From assembly GCA_020536535.1 (NCBI GenBank), contig JAHLWZ010000939.1, forward strand, positions 1 to 40,637: a stretch of DNA of 40,637 bases, given 5' to 3'. A program made the translations under genes and the position numbers. Origin of the DNA: Pelomyxa schiedti. Taxonomy: Eukaryota; Protista; Evosea. The notes under the pieces were generated by a model. The model was given only the letters and a program-made list of their open reading frames with translations. It was not told where the DNA came from and did not search any database. Positions 34,703-40,637 of the stretch are shown piece by piece (the stretch's first letter is position 1; every line of letters starts with the position of its first letter).

Positions 34703-37700
34703 CTATTTGGTTTTTTTTTCGGTTGTAAGTAAAACAATTGAAAGGGGGCTGCCAGCAGGGCCTTTCAATTTCAACTGCCCATGGGGCAACTCCTCAATAT
34801 TGATACAAGTGAACTGTAGCTTCTCTGAAGCTGTGTAAGTGTTCTGTGATTGTGCAACACAGATGTGGGGTAATACCTCAATGGAGTCTCTATCAGAGCT
34901 TGTGGCTTGTGACAACCGGGTGTGGTATGCTTTGTGGATCTGGTCCCGGTTCAGCGATATCTTCCATAACTATTTACTGGTTAAGTGAAACTGAGGGTTG
35001 TAGGTTGAAACATACAAGTACTGCCAGGAGCTTAGTGTAATCAGTGAATTGCATTGTGGAATGAGGCTACACAATGTGAGAAAACTTAAGTGTTTTATAC
35101 ATTTGGTTATTTGTGCAGTCCCAACCTCATCATCTGGGCCTTTGTTATTCTATACAAAAATGAGGTGCAACAGAGGACGGAGAGAAAGTATACATTTGGA
35201 TCAAGTAAAATGACCAGAAATTCGTTAAGTTCTTCCCGCAAGCGTGGAGATAGAAAGGGTTTTAATGGAGTCAATACTTCCTTGGACCTAAAACAAAGTT
35301 AATTCATATAATCTTTCCTTCCTTCTTCCCCACCCCCTCCCCGGCTAACTGGTCAACAATGGCAGAGACTAATTTCGAGAAGTAAGACAAAACTCGCTTG
35401 GCTTCCGATGTTACTGCTAAATCCAAGTAAGAAGAAAATAAAAGGTTGTTTTGGAATGAAATTACCTGGACATAAGTGAAATTGATTGGGTAAACGAATT
35501 GCCGTGCAAATGAATAACCTGAAAAACAGAGAAATGATGCAGGGATAGGCGGGTTGTTTCGCTTCCTCCAGTAGAGTTTTGATGTCACATAGAACAAGCT
35601 TGATATTTCTAAAATAAAGGAAATTAGAACTCGAATTAGGGAGGACTAACCAACAGAGGAATAGATGCAATAGATTTCAAAATGATGTGGAGAATGTGCT
35701 GTGTGATACCACAAAAACGGATATTGAGGGCTATTTGCTCTTCTTCCGTATTGCTTGATAAGGAGCAGTAAGTAAACCATTGGAAATGTACAATAACTTA
35801 CTGCTCAACAATGTGCATAGGATAGAGAGGATTTTTGATAATGGCATTTAAAAGAGGCTCGAGAGTTCGTTGTAGATAGTGGTACCCAATATATCTGAAG
35901 TACTGGAAGATCAACTTAACTGGTACACTGTCTTTATTGTAGAAAAAGGGGTCTTCTGTATCTTTATAGGGTAAGTGGAGCGCTGGTGAATTAAATTTCC
36001 TCACTGAAGTGGCTCAACTCCTCAGTAAATGTAATTTGAATCAAGTTTCGCACTTGTTTCCGCTGGTTTAGTAATCTTACAAGTGTAAGGAACGTCGTTT
36101 CATCTGTAATCAGAGTTTCACATACAGCCGCAGTGATTAAAAACCGAGGTCCACTTAGAATCTGGGGAAGTGAGAAAGTCGTGAACTCTATTTCTTCTCA
36201 ACCTCACATAACAGATTATAGTACCCCTGAGCGGTACAAAAGATCTCGTTTCTGGCAATTGGTTCTTTGTAATGCCACTTGACAAACAGTTTACCACTAG
36301 CAAGGGTTCCGCCACACTGTAACGGAACTGTTGTCGAGAAGGGACTATTTTATACAAGAACATTAGCACCCCAAGACAATGAAGAAAGAATCTACTTAGT
36401 TTGCAGGAAATCACTTGCAGGAAACTCAAAAGACCCAATGAGTTCATTTACAGAAAGTCGAGTGTGGGCCATGATCTCGAACCGAAGAGATTTTGCGGTA
36501 GGAGGAACCTCAAATGAAATATTATCACCCCTAGGAAAGTATGGTAACGATATAATTTGGTTCGTGGAATGTAAACAAACCAAAGTGGGTTGCTATCTTG
36601 ATTGCAGGTCTTTGTTTTATGCTCAGCTGAGGAGTGTGTGTCAACAAGGCGTATCACACAGTATGAATCTGGTATTTTCCCTGCTCTTGTCCTGAGTTCA
36701 CATCCTCTAAGTTCTAAATTGGGGTAAAACTTTTAATCCGGCTTCAAAGGTGTGAGAATCAGCAACCCGTCATAGTAAGAAGCCCATTCTTTCCGCGCAG
36801 ATTGGATATTAGATTGGCTACTGTGGCAGATTCGGGAACTGTTTGTTGTTGGTATATATCAAATGACCAAAATCTTAATAGAAGAGTCGTACGTTTTTCA
36901 GTTGAGCCCGCTTGTAGAAGAGCAGCTCGTGATTCCTTAATGAGGACTTGTTCTTTCTAGAATCATGGTGAAAAATCCATATGTCAAGGAAATCAAATCA
37001 ATAACGGTAAACGCACAAGTGCTGCACACTGCCGAGTCAATGTGAGTAGTTGTTGTTCCAACTGTTCCTTTTTTTGCTTGAATGATATCTGTGCCATAAC
37101 CACAGGCTGCTCTGGCATCATAGACAAGTGCCCTCCCGGAGATGCAGTTGCATCCACACCACCTGCTGCTGAAGCTGTTGTGCTCACTGCTGCAGAGTTT
37201 GCCGCCGCGGGTGTGAGTACGAGTGCGGGCGTTGTGCTGGCAGAGGGAGGGAGCAGCAGGCCCTGCTGGTTTGCCTGAAGTCCAGGAGCCCCCCCCACAA
37301 CCATTCCCGGCCCCAGCCGTAGTGGGTACCTCAGTGTCATGGATGACCTTGGGCGAGACTGCGATGGCGAAGCTGGCGATGCTGGCGGCGGCGGCGGCTT
37401 GGCTAGAACTGCGGCCAGAACCTGCTGTTCATCGTGCTGCTGCAGTTGGCTGTGAGCTGTTTCGGTACTACCATTGTTGTTGTTGTTGCCGGAGGTGGTT
37501 GTGGTTGTGGTGGTGTTTGGTTTCTGCACTTTATGTGGCTCTAGCTCTGTGTTGGCGGCAGGTTGATGTTGTGGTTGTGATGTTTGCACTGAGGTTTGAC
37601 TTTGTGTTTGTGTTTGTGGGTTTGTGAGGGAAGGTTGAGGTGGGGGAGGAAGAGGCAGAGGTAGAGGTTGTGGTTTTGGTTGTGGGGTATGTCTGGAGGG

Positions 37701-38207
37701 TGTTTCCTGTGCCACAGTGGGTTGGGGGGACGCAGCAGAGGTAGTAGCGACAGGGGGTGCTGCGGGGAGAACTTTGGCAGTTATGGGTTGCTTGTGTTGT
37801 TGTTGTTGTTGTTGTTGCTGCTGGTGCTGCTGCTGCTGCTGCATGTCTACCCTCTGGATGAGCGCCACGGCGGCAATCTGCTGCTGTTGCTGCTGCTGCT
37901 GCGAGGTGTAGAGAGCAACAGGGACGAGTGCAGGGGGTGGCTTGGCCGGGGGGTTGGGCGGGGGCCCGCGGCCCTTCACCATCCACCCAGACGATGTCCC
38001 CGGCAGCGCCCTGCGCCCCCCCGACGCCGCCGCCGCCGCCGCAGCAGCAGATGCAGAGACATATGCAGACGACGCTGTGGCTGCGTTGCTGGCGGACACA
38101 GGAACCGTAGCAACTGCTGTCGAGTTAGAAGATGGCGGCGTAGTCGTCGTGGTGGAGGTGGCTGCCGTTGAGGAGGCTGAGGGTGCAGCGCTCGTGTCGG
38201 TGTCCAT
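34703..38207 (-). CDS. C2 plus RasGAP-domain protein with a Gln/Pro/Thr-rich N-terminus; probably catalytically inactive. The 3' end may be at ~34771 if a last intron is spliced
   Basis: C2: KTKTCNQDSNPLW...ISFEVPPTAKSLRFEIMAHTRLSVNELIGSFEF. GAP core: EELSHF|NTEDPFFYNKDSVPVKLIFQYFRYIGYHYLQRTLEPLL and IISLFFRLFICTAIRLPNQF. Confidence 0.75.
37795..37902 (-). repeat. CAG/CAA trinucleotide runs encoding polyglutamine
   Basis: (tgt)n/(tgc)n runs on the + strand; protein QQQQQQQQ...MQQQQQHQQQQQQQQQH. Confidence 0.9.
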
Positions 38208-38378
38208 CGGCAACGACGAAACGGTATCGAGATAGATTAGGATTAGAAATGGAAGTTCCACGTAATCCTGAATGGAACGAACAACGAGAGTCTTGTTTAT
38301 TGACGATGGGGGAGAGGGAAGACGCTCAGTTCAGGTTCTGATTGACAGTTGGGTTCCCCAAGTTTCCTTGAAAAGAAG

Positions 38379-40058
38379 TCAAACAGGAACCTGTGAAGAA
38401 AAAGATAGATACCCAGGTACATCCTGAAGGAGAACAGTGGCACCTGTAGCCGCATCAAACACATACAGCTGCTGGTCCACAAAGTGAAAGATAAACCCAT
38501 GACTGGCTAAAAGTCTCCACATAAATCTTGTCATATAACAAGGATGCGGGCTGCTTGTGAATTGTAGCTGTATAAACCGCAGTGGCCTGGAAATGTTGCA
38601 ATCCCATACTTCACAAATGTTCCCGTCTTTGGCAGCCAAGCAGAACAGGGAGTCGTTGATTTGGGACAAATGAGTGCCGACACTGATGTATTTCATATCA
38701 GAATACTGTACTTCCTTGCCTTCCGGCACTTCCAAGATACTTGACACGCTGGTGGCACCATTAACGGCCCCAATTATGTATGTACATTCACCACTTTGTT
38801 TCCTCATCCTTAGAAGTGCGGAAATGCGCTTCTTGCTAGTGGGAAGTGCAATCCTGGTGTAGGTTGCCAGGGCCATCATCTTTTCCACATGGGTCTCTTG
38901 GGTAGGAACAACCAAAAACCAGTACGCTTGTAGGTCCTCTGAATTGTTGGACCAAGAATGGGGTGGAGGTGATTTTGCCAGAGTAACAACCAGCTCCCCC
39001 AGGAGGAAGTTGGTGCTAGTGAGATGAAAACCATTTGGAATAGGAATTTGGGCTGGTTTCAGCTTGGATTTTCCTATAAGTCGTCTGTACGGCGAAATTT
39101 TCGCAATTGCCAGGACATTCCTGGAAGTAGTTGTACTAACACCCCCAAATGCCACCATCTCAGAACTCACTGCGAGAGTTGTAGAATTAACATCTGATAC
39201 ACCATCAGACAGATTTATCAGTGTTGTAACTTCGGGTTTTGCGCACAAGTAAACGTTGCCGTCTTGTTTGCCAATGGTCACATACTTGTTCCAGTCAATC
39301 CACTTGATATCAATGCCACCCGCACCAACAAACACGGAAGTTGTGATTCCAAGTGTCAGCCGCGAGACCCCAAACGAGAATATCTCGGCAAGACAAGGTT
39401 CTGGGTGTGCTATTTGATAGAAGACACTGGGTACCTTCCACGTCATCGCAAGGAACATCTCAGCAGTGCCCACGAACCAGTCGTCCCACAATCGCCTGAG
39501 CAAGTGCCCTGAAGCGGCATTTAAAAGCCTCACGGGGCTGTGAGCCCCGCACCGCGGGTGTGATCCCATGGACAACGCCACCAATTGGCACCTTCCATCA
39601 AGGCTCCAAGGTACAGTCAGTGCCGAATTCTGGCGTATAAGAGGGGTCAAGTCTGGACAATAACTAGAATCAGAATCAGAATCAGACTCCAAAGGCGAGG
39701 AATGTACTCCAAAAATGAATACAGGTGTTATTATTTGTGCCAACGGGCCTGGCTGTTGTGTGGTTGCTGCTGGCGCTATTGCAGGTGATAATGATGACGG
39801 TGATTGGTTTAGTGGTGCCGGTGGTGCTGTAGATGTTGGTGTTTGCGATTGTGGGGCCGGAGGAGGAGGCTCTTCAGCAGGCTCTTCGTCAGGCTCTTCA
39901 GCTAGTGTTAAATGAGCCGAACTGGGTAATGCAGGTGTTGGGAAGTGCGGCTGAGGTTGTTGGTGCCGAACATTGCCATTGGAACCAAGAACCTCGCGCT
40001 GGAGGTTGGCCAGCCGCTGTCGCGGTGTGCCTTGCTTTCTGTTCTTTCTGGGGTACAT
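38379..40058 (-). CDS. Intronless 559-aa hypothetical protein, likely a member of a lineage-expanded family (motif RCQLVALSMGSHPRCGAHSPVRLL...LRRLWDDWFV)
   Basis: Single long ORF with ATG and TGA; Pro-rich N-terminus, HPRCG motif, beta-rich C-terminal part. Confidence 0.75.
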   Translation of the reverse strand: MYPRKNRKQGTPRQRLANLQREVLGSNGNVRHQQPQPHFPTPALPSSAHLTLAEEPDEEPAEEPPPPAPQSQTPTSTAPPAPLNQSPSSLSPAIAPAATTQQPGPLAQIITPVFIFGVHSSPLESDSDSDSSYCPDLTPLIRQNSALTVPWSLDGRCQLVALSMGSHPRCGAHSPVRLLNAASGHLLRRLWDDWFVGTAEMFLAMTWKVPSVFYQIAHPEPCLAEIFSFGVSRLTLGITTSVFVGAGGIDIKWIDWNKYVTIGKQDGNVYLCAKPEVTTLINLSDGVSDVNSTTLAVSSEMVAFGGVSTTTSRNVLAIAKISPYRRLIGKSKLKPAQIPIPNGFHLTSTNFLLGELVVTLAKSPPPHSWSNNSEDLQAYWFLVVPTQETHVEKMMALATYTRIALPTSKKRISALLRMRKQSGECTYIIGAVNGATSVSSILEVPEGKEVQYSDMKYISVGTHLSQINDSLFCLAAKDGNICEVWDCNISRPLRFIQLQFTSSPHPCYMTRFMWRLLASHGFIFHFVDQQLYVFDAATGATVLLQDVPGYLSFSSQVPV

Positions 40059-40180
40059 TGTTTGATTCGGACGACAACGAATTTAATTCTGCTGAAAGAG
40101 AAAATAATCAATGCCTTTCCGGTCTGTTGTTTATTTTCTGAAGCCAACAAGCACACTGTTATCTCACAACGAAAAAAAAC

Positions 40181-40205
40181 CAGTACCAACCCGTGGTTGG
40201 TACTG
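40181..40205. other. Perfect 11-bp hairpin followed on the - strand by a T-tract
   Basis: cagtaccaacc-cgt-ggttggtactg, with aaaaaaac immediately to its left on the + strand. Confidence 0.4.
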
Positions 40206-40320
40206 ATGTCAACTCCTTGCTGTTGAAAAGGAATGTTGTATTGCCGTATTCACTTGTTTTTTGCCCATTTGGAGCAATTTTTATTCTCCTAGGCTTGTGT
40301 GTAAGGGTGAATTTTGGGGA

Positions 40321-40637
40321 TCATGGTGTTTGTGGTGGTGGGGGCAGACGTCGGAGTATTTCCTGAAGCAGATTGGTCAGCTTGTCAAAGCCTTCCTTTG
40401 TCTCCGTTTTGAAGGTAGCAAAGTCCTTTTTCATGGTCGCGATGTCCCTTTGCATGGTGGTGATATCTCCTTGCATGGTGGCGATGTGTCCTTGCATGGT
40501 GGCGATGTACCTTTGCATGGTGGTGATGTCTCCTTGCATGGTGGCAATGTCTCCTTGCAACCCAGACAACTTATTCGTGATTTCGGCCACGGTGGCAGGG
40601 AAAAGGCAGGTCTGCATCACATCCAAGGACTTCCATT
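40321..40637 (-). CDS. 3' part of the second heptad-repeat coiled-coil gene copy (right arm of the inverted repeat); 5'-truncated by the window edge
   Basis: WKSLDVMQTCLFPATVAEITNKLSGLQGDIATMQGDITTMQRYIATMQGHIATMQGDITTMQRDIATMKKDFAT...LPPPPQTP*. Confidence 0.75.
   Translation of the reverse strand, partial: WKSLDVMQTCLFPATVAEITNKLSGLQGDIATMQGDITTMQRYIATMQGHIATMQGDITTMQRDIATMKKDFATFKTETKEGFDKLTNLLQEILRRLPPPPQTP
40414..40560 (-). repeat. 21-nt coding tandem repeat, 6 units plus one degenerate unit
   Basis: Same atgcaaggagacatcgccacc unit as 78..140, with a higher copy number. Confidence 0.9.

Noticed and set aside
37717-37911. Poly-cysteine, metallothionein-like ORF
   Set aside because: Antisense reading of the CAG/CAA polyglutamine tracts.
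40414-40560. CRISPR-like array (also 78..140)
   Set aside because: Units are contiguous 21-nt coding repeats with no unique spacers, and there are no cas genes.
1-40637. A complete giant transposon, Polinton or linear viral genome with TIRs
   Set aside because: The interior holds intron-rich housekeeping genes (eIF1A, ISWI, BRAP2) and no transposase, integrase, DNA polymerase or capsid gene. The arms are coding 3' ends that diverge internally.

Overview
Gene-dense eukaryotic genomic DNA with many short spliceosomal introns (mostly about 35-60 nt, GT-AG, at least two probably GC-AG) and very short intergenic gaps. The ORF track therefore shows only exon fragments, and I reconstructed gene models by hand-splicing. 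The host looks amoebozoan (Shk-type TKL kinase with a C-terminal SH2, a talin-like I/LWEQ protein). An 'HPRCG.SP' hypothetical protein family is reminiscent of the anaerobic archamoeba Pelomyxa; that assignment is inference only. Left to right: 3' end of a heptad-repeat coiled-coil gene; intron-rich prokaryote-type IcmF (B12-binding domain, MeaB-like GTPase and acyl-CoA mutase, with isobutyryl-type specificity residues); eIF1A; a secreted unknown protein; a ZZ-ZZ-GNAT fusion; ISWI remodeler; a prokaryote-like CMD/AhpD protein; a chromodomain/AT-hook protein; a probable C2-WW-LRR-GT49 fusion; Shk kinase; an arrestin-talin rod-I/LWEQ chimera; BRAP2; a C2-RasGAP that appears to lack its catalytic arginines; an intronless 559-aa hypothetical protein; and an inverted second copy of the heptad-repeat gene. 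The best candidate for an undescribed system is the eukaryotic IcmF, followed by three unusual domain fusions. I saw no rRNA, tRNA, CRISPR array or transposase.
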